Part shown: piece by piece, positions 12,991-25,549 of the stretch
Layout of the letters: every line of letters begins with the position of its first letter
Position numbering within the stretch: position 1 is the first letter of the stretch
Assembly (NCBI RefSeq): GCF_000400465.1
Contig: NW_008806283.1
Coordinates: forward strand, 20,001 to 268,000
Length of the DNA stretch: 248,000 nt
Direction of reading: 5' to 3'
Origin: Wallemia ichthyophaga EXF-994
Taxonomy: Eukaryota > Fungi > Basidiomycota
Notes under the pieces: model-generated
What the model saw: the letters and a program-made list of their open reading frames with translations, nothing else
Told to the model about the DNA's origin: nothing
The model's database searches: none
Position numbers and translations under genes: made by a program

Positions 12991-14187
12991 TTTAGGTGTT
13001 ATTAATTACTACACTTTGCACAGAATAATTTAATATTATCATTATAACGGTAAAACAGTAAAAACTCGAACACTCGAACACTTTCGCTCATCATCACTTC
13101 CTGAACAATATTTTCGATCAATTTTACTCCCTCGCACCTTTCTCACGACTTTACTCACTAACTCACGCTTAAAACGAACACTTGATTATTTATATCATGC
13201 ATAGCATTATTCCTTTCTCAGCCACCTCGGTGTTTTTAAGAGTCTAACTAGCCTAATTAGTCTAATAATACTAACCAGTTTAGCTTTAGTTATTTCAGCT
13301 TTATCGTGCAAGTTCAACCCTGCTAACCACTGATGATCTAGAGTTTCACATGTTTCACCAGTACTCCCTTCAGTCTATCCTGCTCATTGAATTCTAAGCA
13401 ATCGAAACCCAATGTAGTAAACGACTAACAGATGGAAGGTTTTATCTCTCAAAAGACCCAAGCTCGTTGTTTATAGTTTGCAATCGCCCACCAACATACA
13501 ATGCCAATCCTTCCATAATCGTCCACGGGATGTAATGGCTTACAATTATGAAGGTTTCCGTATCTGTATTCGTTTTAATTCGTTATAATCCCATTGGAAA
13601 AACTCATAAAGGCGCATCGACGTTTGTTTCACAGTGCCGGAAACGCTTCAACTTATCGTAAAGGTGATGCCTTAGTCTGGTATGAAAGGATGCCAAAACA
13701 GCGCTGCCGCTATAGTTGGATCAATATTAGGGGCACCTCATAGATCAATTTATGCCTTTCGATAAAAATCAACCTGAGACCTATGGAAGGTAAGCCTTCT
13801 GAATAAGAGCTTTTTACATAATGATGGATTTTGAGAGAAACACAACTAAGAAACGAGGAATAAAAAACTGATATTACAGTGCTTGTATATAAGACTCAAA
13901 CAGTATCTTTATCTTCCTTTTTGCTTAGGAAAATTTGCGCAAATTACATAAAACACTAAGCTACAAAAGACAAGCTACACATGACCTCATTAAAACTTCG
14001 TCTTTTTTATCTCTCTTCGTCATCAAGATGCTTGCTGTTGATGGCGGCTTGTAATTTGCTGTTGGGATGCTCAACAAATCGGATGGGGTGTTTGTGGTGA
14101 GTAATAAAAAGTCCTTGGACCTGTTCGGCATCTCCAGCGCACAATTATGGAGGTAAAAACCAGCTCAAAAAGCCATTCGAGCCAGTA

Positions 14188-14740
14188 GTGAAAATTTTCA
14201 GACTACTCACTCCTCCTTTCAGTCGAAATATTTCTCTCGTCTTACTTCGAGATATCCGAAATGAAGCGTACGGGACCCAATCCCAAATCATTCAGCTATT
14301 TGCACTGATAGTGTGCAACACTCCGCCCGTATATGATGACGTTCGCCCATTACAAGGTGGTTATAATATAACCGCTGATAACAGCAGCGACAGAACGAAA
14401 TTATACACATTTATTACGCAGATGGACAAGTTTATGATCTTCAAGTACGTAAATGACCAGCCTAGCTTTGCAATGGTACGAAGAGCTGCCCGAGTCGGTC
14501 AGAACGCAAGATTACTTCTGGGTGAAGATGAGAGGTAAAATGATGAATCGCTTCACGTTGTTTGACATTGGTACCAGACCTTCTGCTTGGAAGAAACGTC
14601 TACTTAACAGGAAATTTAACGTTGATGGCTCGTTGCTTGACACAGTATCAGAAACAAGGGATGAGCACTATACATTCGTTCCCAGGCATAGGCAAACAGA
14701 GTTTGCAAGTTGTTTCATCCAATACTGTAGCTTGTCTTAA
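14188..14740 (+). pseudogene. Possible decayed gene (two overlapping frames)
   Basis: Overlapping ORFs 14188-14538 and 14453-14740, no recognised domain. Confidence 0.25.
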
Positions 14741-14798
14741 GTTTTTTTTTTTTTCTCTGTTGATGTTCTTATTAAAGTGTATGAATACATGGTAAATC

Positions 14799-16306
14799 CT
14801 ATAAACGCTGAATATTGACCCCAAACAACATCCCTGCTCTCCTCAAAAGTGAAATTATGACGTAAGCAACAACAAGCTGCAGGGTGTAGAGCACCTTCCT
14901 CACCCAACTTTCATTCTCCTCTTCATTGTAATGCTTGATGTCGAGAGCGTATGTGATCTCCAAATCGTCAGTGTCACGCGAGTCAGTGACAGTCCACTCG
15001 CGCATAAATTCATCCTCCAGCTCACTCAGCTCCTCTATAAGGTTTGAGTTTTTCTCTATAGCTGCAATCACAGGCTCAGCGAGATCTGGTGAGCCCAAGA
15101 GTACGCTAGAGTGAATACGCTCTGTACCGCCTTCGATTAGCTTTGGCTTGCGCTTCACTGGCATTAAGGTTGTTAATTTGGATGTGTAGGGGTTGTGTGG
15201 TGGCTGGATTGCGTATCTGAATACAGGCATCGCGAGCTGTTCCATCAACACCTCTTTATTGAGAGAAATTAGTGGGTTTATTTGACTCTATGAAGGTGTT
15301 AGTTTCTGTTTATGCTATATACCCGTACTATGCTCACAGCGATCCACATTCTGCTTATATCAGATAATTCTTTCATCGAGTATGATCCGCCAATATCACC
15401 ACTACTGCCTGTGAACCATACTTGCTTGCATTTCTGACCCATATCTTCACTCCCCCTCAACAACTCCAGCCGGAGTTCGCGCTGATTGGCGCGGTTTTCG
15501 TTGAGAGCCATAGCGTGATAGCAGTGTTGGATGCGTTGGCCGAGGAGCGCATCCGGAAGACCGAAGTAGCTTTCTGGCCGGGTTATAATGGAATTGAATT
15601 TGGAAGTGATGCTGTTTGTTCATGAGATATGAACTCGAACATTGAGTTCAACCCACCCTGGCAGACTCGGGGAGGGTTTCACAGTGCAATCAAACAGTGC
15701 TAAGCATCTGATTACCGTTGAGTTAGACTGGAGTAAGACGAAATCCTCAACGACCCACTTTATGATAAATTGTTGCTCCAGGTGGCGTGTATTGGATGGT
15801 GATGATAGCAGCCATGGCTTGAGCACCTCCTCAGCCTCTGAGGCCACCTTCCCACCCCTCTTGCGCTCAAAGAAGGCCTTTAAAATTGGGAAAAAGCGTC
15901 TGAGCTGGTCTCGCGGAAGAATGCCAATTTCGTTGATAACAGCGGCGAGAATGCGAGCAACATATGCACCTTTGCTATATCCTAAAAGAAAGATCTCATC
16001 TTTGCCGTCTTCACTGTAATTCATGCAGAGAAATGCATAGAGCTCGAATAAGCAATTTGAGAAGGATTGATAAGCTACTCCGAGGAGCTGTGAGAGGAGA
16101 GAGGAGCTGAAGTGAGCCGTTCTATATTGGGCATATTGCATTACTGATGGCTGAGTGCGTTTATCGATTGTCTCAATTGATCGGAGAAGGTGGACAATGT
16201 TGGAATGATTGGGTGTGCTGGTGGAGTCATCCCAGGACCCATCTATACATACAATAAGCCTGTGCATTTGGTGGCAGTGGGTTATAAGGGAGTGTATGAT
16301 ATTCAT
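14799..16306 (-). CDS. DUF2235 alpha/beta-hydrolase-like protein, possibly disrupted
   Basis: RLIVCIDGSW..SNIVHL, IFLLGYSKGAYVARILA, CLALFDC. Confidence 0.65.
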
Positions 16307-16871
16307 ACGCGTTTGAGAGGATTGCGCCGGATTTAGAAAGTTAATTTCATAATTTAGAAGAGATTTACTGTATAATTTAAATGCAGCTCACAATAACAGG
16401 TGTTGCTTAGAATTTATCCCACTCGGCAGTCAATACTCAAGGTAGTGATGACAGTGAAAATATTCAGAATACCCTAAACGACTTCTCTAATCTCCAAAAT
16501 CTTGTTCATTTGGTGTAAAAGTGTGACAACAGTAGCCACGTTAGAATGTCTTGGACCGCTCCAGGACACTCTCTCATATCTTACTTTTGAGATCAAAACG
16601 AGCTGTACCTCTGGTATGCTGTATGGCTTGCATTCCATTCTAATTGGAAGAGTATTCGAAGTAGTCAAAGAACTTTATAGCGTGTTTAATGTAATATAAG
16701 TTTTCAGTTTTTACGAGTAATCAAAATTTCACCAAGAGTTAGTGAGGAATGGTTGTTATTTATGAGGGTGATTCACTGTGTTGCTTTAGGGGGTAAGATC
16801 CATTCAACAGAGAATCAAAAAGCTAGTCAACCAATTTGATCATATGCTCACACACTCTAATCAGCACGCTC

Positions 16872-18012
16872 ATGTTTTACCCAAACAAAGAAATCGCGAT
16901 CGACGGAGAGAATTTTAAGGACAAGGCAGTCGTAGTGATTGGAGTTAATGCAGGTGTGTCTATGCGTTCAAGCTTAGAAGTAGTCCATTCAACGAGCACA
17001 CGAGCACAGGCTTAGGATTCGCCAATGCAAATACCTAGTCCAAAGAGGCGTAAAGAGGTTAGTGATTGGATTTCGCTCACTCGATAAGGCACATAAAGCG
17101 CGTGACGGGGCTGCTTGAGCTGAATAAGCAGACACACCCCTCATCATCGGTTCAAGTATGGCAAATCGACCTGGCTTCTCTCGATTTAGTAAAAGCGTTC
17201 TGCGATAAATGGCTGGGTCAAGTGGAAGAGCAGAAAGCAATCGATTTAATTTTCGCTAATGCGGGTCTGGCAGCGTTCAGCGCCAACCAATCAACCTGAG
17301 AAGATAGCCTCGGAATGACCTATCAGGTGGCGTTTAAGCTTCTATGCTCTTTTTGACACGTCTCCGGTCAGTATGATGGACTAAGCCACTTCGTTATCAT
17401 ACTCTCCCTCCTCCCCGCTCTCAGCTTGGCAAGTGACCCGCGAGTGGTGATGACTGGAGCGGCGGGGAGCAAGTTGGCCACCATTCCAGATCCACCGTGT
17501 AATAATCCATGCACTCCCCTGAAAGATACATACGCGATTGGATCAACCATCTGGAATGCAGTTCGGTTATATGCTGATACAAAACTGGGTGGGTGTTGAG
17601 AGGTTGATTATAGCTTCTCTAAAGCAACCCAAGTAATTGCAATGATTATTACGTATACAGGAAAGACTCAGAGTGCATCACAATGCTGCGTACAGGAAGA
17701 TTTTTATCGCAGTTTATAATCCAGGCTTGGTGGTGGGTAAGAGATTTCTCCAAGATGTCTTGAATGCTTACAAATGCGTTGTACAAGACAATCATCATCG
17801 ACAAAAGTCAAGACAGCGCTGCGTGGCTTTTCACAGCACCAATCAACTTTATCTTCAACACGTTGGCGATAGACACAGAGAGAGGCATGAGACCGGGACT
17901 GTATCTGGCGAGTACGCCCGCAGAAGCGCTCCCACTTGGCTGCTACTGGAATGAGAATGGCGAGGTGGAGTATGTCAATAACCAGCATGAGGACGAGGAG
18001 TCAAGGAGGTGA
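16872..18012 (+). pseudogene. Short-chain dehydrogenase pseudogene, paralog of 96848-97984
   Basis: VVVIGVNAGLG, VWQIDLASL, IDLIFANAG pieces broken by frameshifts and an in-frame TGA near 17298. Confidence 0.7.
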
Positions 18013-18249
18013 GTGAGGAGATTTAGGTGGTGAATGGGAGCTCATCCTGTACAAAGGAGGTGTTATGAGAGGCTGATGCTTGATGGGAAGCTGGAACAAG
18101 ATGTTTTAGCTTTAGAAGAGGATAAGACAACGAGATGATGAATGATGAGATAATGAGATGATGAAACATGCATATATGTAAAACTGAACGTGACATTATG
18201 AGTATTTGACGGATAAGAGCCTGCATTCAGAATGAATTCAGCATGTGAA

Positions 18250-18296
18250 AAAAGCACGTGAAAAAGCACCTGAAAAACACCTGAAAAACACATGAT
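18250..18296. repeat. Short tandem repeat (aaaa(g)cac(c/g)tg)x4
   Basis: Read directly. Confidence 0.7.
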
Positions 18297-18363
18297 GATG
18301 ACTAAATCAAGTGGGTAAATGTAAAGCCTCAACATACATAAGCGCTTGTATGTGCTATAGTCG

Positions 18364-20560
18364 ATGAGCATGCACATACTCAACAACATACTCATACTCA
18401 TACTCGCCACGACAGCGTCGGCGTGGACGACGAAATACAAGGAATACATCCACAGTCCATCGTCGCGCACAGTAACGCCGCAGAGCGTATATGGGATAGA
18501 GTGAGATATGCGAGCGAGCAAGCGAATAGACTGACAAAGCCATCACAGAGGCAATGTCACCAACCCACTCGGAATTCTCGGGGGTGAGGGCGCCGCAACA
18601 CTTTCAGGGGTGAATAGTACGATAGTAGTAGATTTCGGCTATATCACAGCCGGGCTGCTATCGTTCAACTATACAGCCGATTCGGCGAATCAGACGGTCG
18701 GCGTAGCATTTTCCGAGTCAAGCTACTACGCGACGCAGTCGAGCGACATGTCGATAGGGCTGAATGGGGAGGTAGATGGGTCGTTGCGAGTGGAGCTCAA
18801 TGGGACCAACGGCACGCAAGAGCAGTGGACAGCGGACGATCTGCATCTTCGAGGAGCGTACCGGTATGCGACGCTATTCATGGCCACGCCAGGTACAGTA
18901 GAGGTGAGCGGCCTATCGAACCAATTCACAGCTGCGCCGCAAGTCGATGAGGACAAGCTGCGCGAGTACTCCGGGTATTTCTACAGCGACGACGCGCTCC
19001 TCAACCGCATATGGTATGCCGCCGCATACACGAACCAGCTGTCGACAATCGGCGCGGGGACATCGCGCAACACCACCACCACGCCAACATCCAACTGGAA
19101 CAACAGCGAGCTGATAACTCCACTTTCCCCCTCCGATAGCGTGCTCGTCGACGGCGCTAAACGCGACCGCACTGAGTGGCCAGGCGACTTTGCTACGGCC
19201 ATACCACCCACGTTCCTCGCGAACAACAGGGATGGATTGGGGATGGAAGCGCTGCGCAACTCACTCCGCGCGCTTTATTCGCAGGTCAGCGCCGAGGGCA
19301 TGCTCCCGTACGCAGGGCCACCGCTGCTGAAGGGGCCGCAGTCGTACACGTACCACCTGTGGACGCTGAGTGCGACATACGCGTACTGGAAGCACAGCGG
19401 GGACGATGATTTCGTGAAGGGATTATGGGACGTGTTTGGTCGCGGCGTGGACCTCGCGCTGGAGGATGTGGAGCGGGGCGCAAACAAAACGGGGTTGCTG
19501 GATGTACCCGAAAGCGCTTCGTCGTCGTGGGGACGCAGTCCGACCGCGGGACACGACCTCACTGCGAATGCCAATCTGTACCATGCGCTGGAGTGCGCGG
19601 GGAAGCTGGCGCGCGCTCAACAGGACGGACGAGGCAATGCAGTGGGAAGAGCACATGGAGCCGCTCAGCAACGCTATCAACACCCATCTGTGGGACGAGG
19701 AGACGGGGCTGTATATGGACAACGACACGGAGGCTGGTCACTCGCTCTATCCTCAGGACGGCAATGCTGTAGCTGTGCTGTATGGCGTCGCTGATGCAGA
19801 CAGAGCACAGACAGTGAGCTCGGCATTGAAACAGCGCTGGAATGACCACGGTGCCGTCTCCCCAGAAGGCCTAAGCGCCATCTCGCCCTTCGTGTCGGGA
19901 TTGGAGGTGTCCGCACACGTGCAGGCTGGTGAGTGGCTTGTGTGCTCATTTGCAGTGCTAACACCACAACCACCCGCAGGAAACATAACCAACGCACTCG
20001 AATTGATTAGGCTGGAATGGGGATATATGCTCAGCGCCTTCTCCAACTCGACGCTGATTGAAGGTTTCTACCACGACGGGACACTGCATTACCCGTTCTA
20101 CGGCTCGCTCGACAGCTACATCTCACACGCGCACGCATGGTCGACTACACCACTAGCCACGCTCACGCAGGAGGTGGCTGGGCTGAGAATAGGCGATAAT
20201 CTCACGCGGTGGGAGTACGCGCCGCAGAACACTGACCTCGAGTTTGTAGAGACAGGCTTCGCGGTGCAAGGGGGAGAGATCAGGGCTAGAATGAGAGGCG
20301 GTGGTGGAGTGGTAGCGTATGAGCTGCAGGCGCCTCAAGGGACCAGCGGGTCGATTAGGGTGCCTGTTGCGGACAATGGCACTGTCTCAGTCGACGGAAA
20401 GAGAGCGAATGGTGAACGCGGCAACGGGAAAATGCTGCTGGAGGATATTCAAGGGGACGGACAGGTGATGGAGATTGTGGTGGCTGACATGGGCAATTTT
20501 GCAGCCAATTGGTCTAAGCAGACGGATCCAACGCGGGAGGAGAGTGATGCGTTTGCGTGA
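18364..20560 (+). CDS. Secreted alpha-L-rhamnosidase (GH78), frameshifted in this sequence
   Basis: Signal peptide, YIHSPSSRTV, DGAKRDRTEWPGD, SHAHAWST; reading frame changes in a (GC)4 run near 19610. Confidence 0.85.
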
Positions 20561-20577
20561 AGGCTGATAGTGTAAAT

Positions 20578-20662
20578 GATGAATATAAATGATGAAGAAT
20601 ATAAATGGAATATAAATGATGAATATAAATGGATAAATGGATAAATGGATAAATGGATAAAT
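20578..20662. repeat. AT-rich minisatellite (ataaatgg/ataaatga units)
   Basis: Read directly. Confidence 0.7.
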
Positions 20663-20923
20663 ACATGAAATAGTCCACGCGAGTCAAATTGTATGGCCAC
20701 AGGCTAGCACAGGCAGGAGGAGGAGGAGGAGAGAAATAAAAAGAGTAAAGGTCTAGAGCCCACCTGCTACGCCTAGAAATACAAATTAAGAAAAAAGTTG
20801 GAATTGAAAATATGACGCCTTGTTCAAAAAAACTTTGCCCGATTCACAATTCTTGCTCAGCGACCGTCAAGAAGGTGAGTAGGAATGGTGAATAATTGCG
20901 CATAAATTAAGAAAACCCGTAGA

Positions 20924-21514
20924 ATGCCTGGTGTCAGCCATCAACACAAGTATTCAGAGTATCTCGTCGTTGGACGCAGACTTCCGACCGAAGTCGATCC
21001 AACGCCAAAGCTCTACAGAATGAGAATATTTGCACCAAATGAGGTCGTTGCAAAGTCACGTTTCTGGTACTTTGTTGGACAGTACAGAAAGATGAAGAAG
21101 GGTACTGGTGAGATTGTTTCTCTCAACGTGATCAGCGAGAAGAAGCCACTCAAGCCAAAGAACTTTGGTATCTGGTTGAGATACGATTCACGTTCTGGTA
21201 TCCACAACATGTACAAGGAGTTCCGCGAATTGTCACGTGTTGACGCTGTTCAAGCTCTTTACCAGGACATGGCTGCCAGACACAGAGCTCGTTTCCGTTC
21301 TGTACAAATTCTCCGTGTTGCTGAGATCGAGAAGACTGAGGACATTCGTAGACCGTGAGTTTGGTGTTTGACACTTTAAAACTGAGTACTTAACAACTTT
21401 TACAGATACATCCGTCAACTCCTCACTAAGAACCTCAAGTTCCCACTCCCTCACAACAGAAACAAGAACTACAGATCTTCATTCCAAGCTAAGCGTCCTT
21501 CCACCTTCGCTTAA
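20924..21514 (+). CDS. RPL20: 60S ribosomal protein eL20
   Basis: [35 protein letters not shown]. Confidence 0.95.
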
Positions 21515-21815
21515 GCCATGTGTTTGCGCTGTTGCGGTCAAGGGCAAGTCTTTTGTGAACTGGTTAATATTACTTTGAATCGAATTAGTTTGCAGGGGTT
21601 ATGTTAGTGTGAAGGGTGTGCATTAGAGGTTTAAAGATTTGTGTAACGTGCATTTATGTACTGTTCTGAGACAAGTATGAAAAACTTGAATTTCAAATAT
21701 TATAGCACATTCAATATAAACTCAATCATCACAAAACATGTCTGTAACATATGTATATGGATGTAACAAAAGATAGCAAGCCATAGACAGTCTGCAGAAG
21801 TACACAAGCACCCCG

Positions 21816-22379
21816 TTAAACCTTGAAAGCACGAGACTTACGACGACCACGGGCGATTTCTTCCTTCTTACCCTTGGAGATGGTGTATGGCTTCTTGTGC
21901 TTGTGAGGACCGAAGCCGAAGTGGCGGTTAGCCTCTCTAGCCGTCTTCTTACCACGGAGGAGGATAACGTTTGAGCCAGTTGGAGCTCTAAGGGCGAGTT
22001 GGTCGAGAGTGAGGCATTCACCACCAGCAGCTTCAATACGAGCGCGCGCAGTCTTAGTGAATCTGAGAGCTGCGATTGAGAGCTTAGGAATTTCAAGCAT
22101 ACGGTTGTCATCGGTGACAGGGCCAACGTTGACAATGGTAGCACCTTGCTTGGCTTGTGGGTAGTTCTTGCTCAAGTAAGCCAACTTTGAGATTGAAAGT
22201 GGTGGCTTGTTGACCTTGGACATGAAGAGACGACGGAGAACAACCTTGTTGAACTGGCTGTCTGTGCGGCGTGCAAGGAAGCGGAAGAGACGGACAAGCA
22301 AGAGGAGGTATGGATCCTCGCTCTTTGGCGCTGAACGCTTGCCCGACTTGACGTGGTGACGGCGGATATCAACACCCAC
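21816..22379 (-). CDS. RPL18: 60S ribosomal protein eL18
   Basis: LYRFLARRT-like motif, [12 protein letters not shown] end. Confidence 0.95.
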   Translation of the reverse strand: MGVDIRRHHVKSGKRSAPKSEDPYLLLLVRLFRFLARRTDSQFNKVVLRRLFMSKVNKPPLSISKLAYLSKNYPQAKQGATIVNVGPVTDDNRMLEIPKLSIAALRFTKTARARIEAAGGECLTLDQLALRAPTGSNVILLRGKKTAREANRHFGFGPHKHKKPYTISKGKKEEIARGRRKSRAFKV

Positions 22380-22637
22380 TGGATTTTGTTAATCAGAGTG
22401 CTTTACTCTTAATATTCCACTCACTCTTCCTATTTTATGCTTGACAAGGCGAAGAGAGAAGTATGTCAGATTTGCGAGTAGGATGCGAGTTGAAAAAATT
22501 AATATTTATCCTAGGATTTTTAGTAGTGAGGGGGCTTCAAAAAAACAAGGGAATTAAGAATAATTGGCTTGATTTGTTTGTGCCCTGGTTTAGCCATTTG
22601 AACCACCTATCCACCTCACAGCGACTACCATCACCGC

Positions 22638-23867
22638 ATGTCTAAACGCGGCTCAGATACACAGGCACTCACGGCTAAGCGTGTCAGGAGCGATGAAATG
22701 GAGCAGCAACTGGGTTTAGACGAGTCACACACCCACCAAGTTGCTCTCTCCAAGAAGCACGACGACGACAACGCGCTGATTAGAAGCGTACACCGCACAT
22801 CCAAGCTATCGGCGCCTATTATAAAGCTCGATGGGTGTCACACCGGTGAAATAACCTCGGTTAAATTCGACATGACTGGAAACACAATAGTCGCAGCTTC
22901 TGCAGACAAGTCAGTCAGCCTATGGAGGACATACACGGATAATGCAAACTACGGGTACATTCCACATGCACACAAGGATGCTATTACCTCTCTAGTCCTC
23001 TCACATACTTCACCCTCCGATCCACTCATCCTCACCGCCTCAGCTGATTCCACGATTGGTGTGTGGCAGGCTTCGACGGGAAAGCTGGTGAGGAGGCTGA
23101 GAGGGCACAGCGACGTCGTCAACGTACTCGCCGTATCCAGAAACAACCTCCTTGCTAGTGCTGGTGACGATAACAAAGTGTTTATATGGCAATTAGACGG
23201 CGATGACGGTAACGGTGATAGAACACCACCTAAACACCCCGTTCATACCATTACCTGGAACGCTCCCGTTATTGCGCTTGAATGGTCAGACGATGATTCG
23301 ACGCTGTACATTGGCGGGTTGGATAACCAGATACATGTGAGTGTGAAACGCCTAAAATGAGTGTAACTCACCTGACTCACCTTCTCGAGGCTCACAACCT
23401 CTCCTCCCACTCCACACTCTTCTCACTCACCGGTCACACAGACACAGTCACCTTCCTACGCCACTCACCTTGCTCGCAACACCTGATATCCTGCTCGAAT
23501 GACTCGTCAGTGCGTATCTGGGACGTTAAGCCTTTCACAAGCGACCCTACCAGACAATATAGAGTGCTGCACGGTGCTGTGTCCTCGTTCGAGGGTGTGT
23601 ACTCTCAGCCGGCGTGGAGTGCAGATGGAACACGCGTAGCTGTTGGTAGTGCTGACCGCACTGTCACTGTGTGGAATGTAGAATCTGGCGATATCCTTTA
23701 TAAGGTGGGTGTAATGCTTTGTTGCGCGTGTTGCGTTTGCTAACCCTCTGCTATAGCTACCCGGACACACTGGCACCGTTGGCGCTGTCGATATTCACCC
23801 AACCGACCCTGTCATTGTCTCTGGCGGGAAGGATTGCAGGATGTTTCTGGGCGAGTTGATGAGCTGA
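22638..23867 (+). CDS. SNRNP40: U5 snRNP 40 kDa WD40 protein
   Basis: RTSKLSAPIIKL, WD repeats, YKLPGHTGTV. Confidence 0.85.
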
Positions 23868-24378
23868 TGAATGGTGTCTCATGTGGTATACGTGGTATAC
23901 TGCGTACTGTCAACGTCAATGTGAATGTAAATGTAATTTATTGCGTTATTGCGTTATTGCGTTATTGACTTGTGCTTTCTACTATTTCTTCTTTCTGCTT
24001 ACATCATCACGTGACTCGAGTGGTGATACGAACAACATGCACTCGAGACATCTGTGTGTGTATGTGTTTTCCTTCTTGTGTACCTCTGCATAATTCTGCG
24101 TACTTTTGTGTCCACTCAACGTCACTTCTACGTACCTTTACCTCTGCAACTTTGGTACACCCAACTTCACTCTCTACTTGCACTTATTCACTCATCTCAT
24201 CTTCAACTTGATCATGTATATGTACTACTTGAGTCTTGTTTCTTGGTCAATCAACAGAAACGGATTAAATATTTTACTTGAATTGAAAAAGCTAGAAAGG
24301 GTGGGTTGGGTTAGTTGGAGATTAACGACTTGTAACAAATTTTCGTTTCTTGCATTTATTCATTTTTCACACTACCAT

Positions 24379-25367
24379 CTAATCGCGCATTGGGGAAGGG
24401 GAGTAGCGACGAGGAGGAGGAGAGCGACTGAAGCGGCGTGGAGGAGGAGAACGTCTGGCATAACCACCGCGTGGAGGAGGGGATCTAGAGCGAGGTCTAC
24501 CGTAACCACCTGCACGTGGTGGTGGTGGCGAGTAGTCGCGGTAGCGTCTTGGTGGGGGAGAGCGTGAATAGCGGCGTCTGGGTGGTGGGCTGCGTCTGGA
24601 GCCTGAACCTCTCCAGTCATCGCGGTCGTAGTAACCACGACGAGGAGGAGGACGAGGAGGAGGACCACCACGGTATCCACCACCACCACCGCGTGGAGGA
24701 GGGCGATCGAAGCGACGGTCGTCGAAGCCTGTCAAGAGGGTAAATTAGTGGGTTACCCAGAATAAAGACCTAACACACGTTTAACACCCATATATTGACC
24801 AGGAGTTGGAGAGTGTGGACGCTTAGTTGCACTAAAGTCAACGCGAATGTTACGACCGTGAATTTCAACGCCATTTAAAGCTTGAATGCACTTGTCTGCG
24901 TCTTCGATTGAGGCCATTTTAATGAAACCAAAGCCACGAGAGCGATCAGAGCGTTGGTCGTATACGATTGTAACCTTGTCCACTCTACCAAATCGATTGA
25001 ATTCATCTTCTAAATCGATTTCACGTGTTCTAATCGATAAACCGAACACACCAAGTGTTTCGTTAGGTTCTGGTGGGTTTTCATTGCGGCGACGTGGTGG
25101 AGGTGGGGAAGGGCGTGGAGGAGGGGATGGAGAGCGTGGTGGAGAGCGTGGAAGATGTGGTGACTGTGGCTGTGGATTTTGAGTACCTGGAGCGCCCTGA
25201 GTGCCTGGATTATCCTCTTGCTTAGACTCCTCCCAGCCATTCTGAGTATCATCACCCTTGAACCCCCAGCCATCATCATCCTCATTGTTCTCCTGCTTTA
25301 AACCCCAACCAGCATCCTCCGCTTGATTTTCTCCCTTGAACTCTTCACGTATTTCAGTGTCAGCCAT
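24379..25367 (-). CDS. TRA2: Transformer-2-like SR/RRM protein
   Basis: LGVFGLSIRT, RSRGFGF, HSPTPGQYMG, RS-rich tail. Confidence 0.85.
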
Positions 25368-25549
25368 TTAGTAGATGATGGTGGTTAGTGAGTAAGAAGG
25401 GAATACATATTAAATAAAATAAAATTGAAAAATGAATAAAAATATATAATTATATCTGACAGCTGTCTTGAGCTTATTCTTCTTGGAATTGTCTTCATCT
25501 CCTTCATCTCCAACCACCACGACCGACACCACGGCTTTGCCAAATTAAA

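Noticed and set aside
18250-20662. Short tandem arrays as CRISPR-like repeats
   Set aside because: No unique spacers, eukaryotic context; simple minisatellites.
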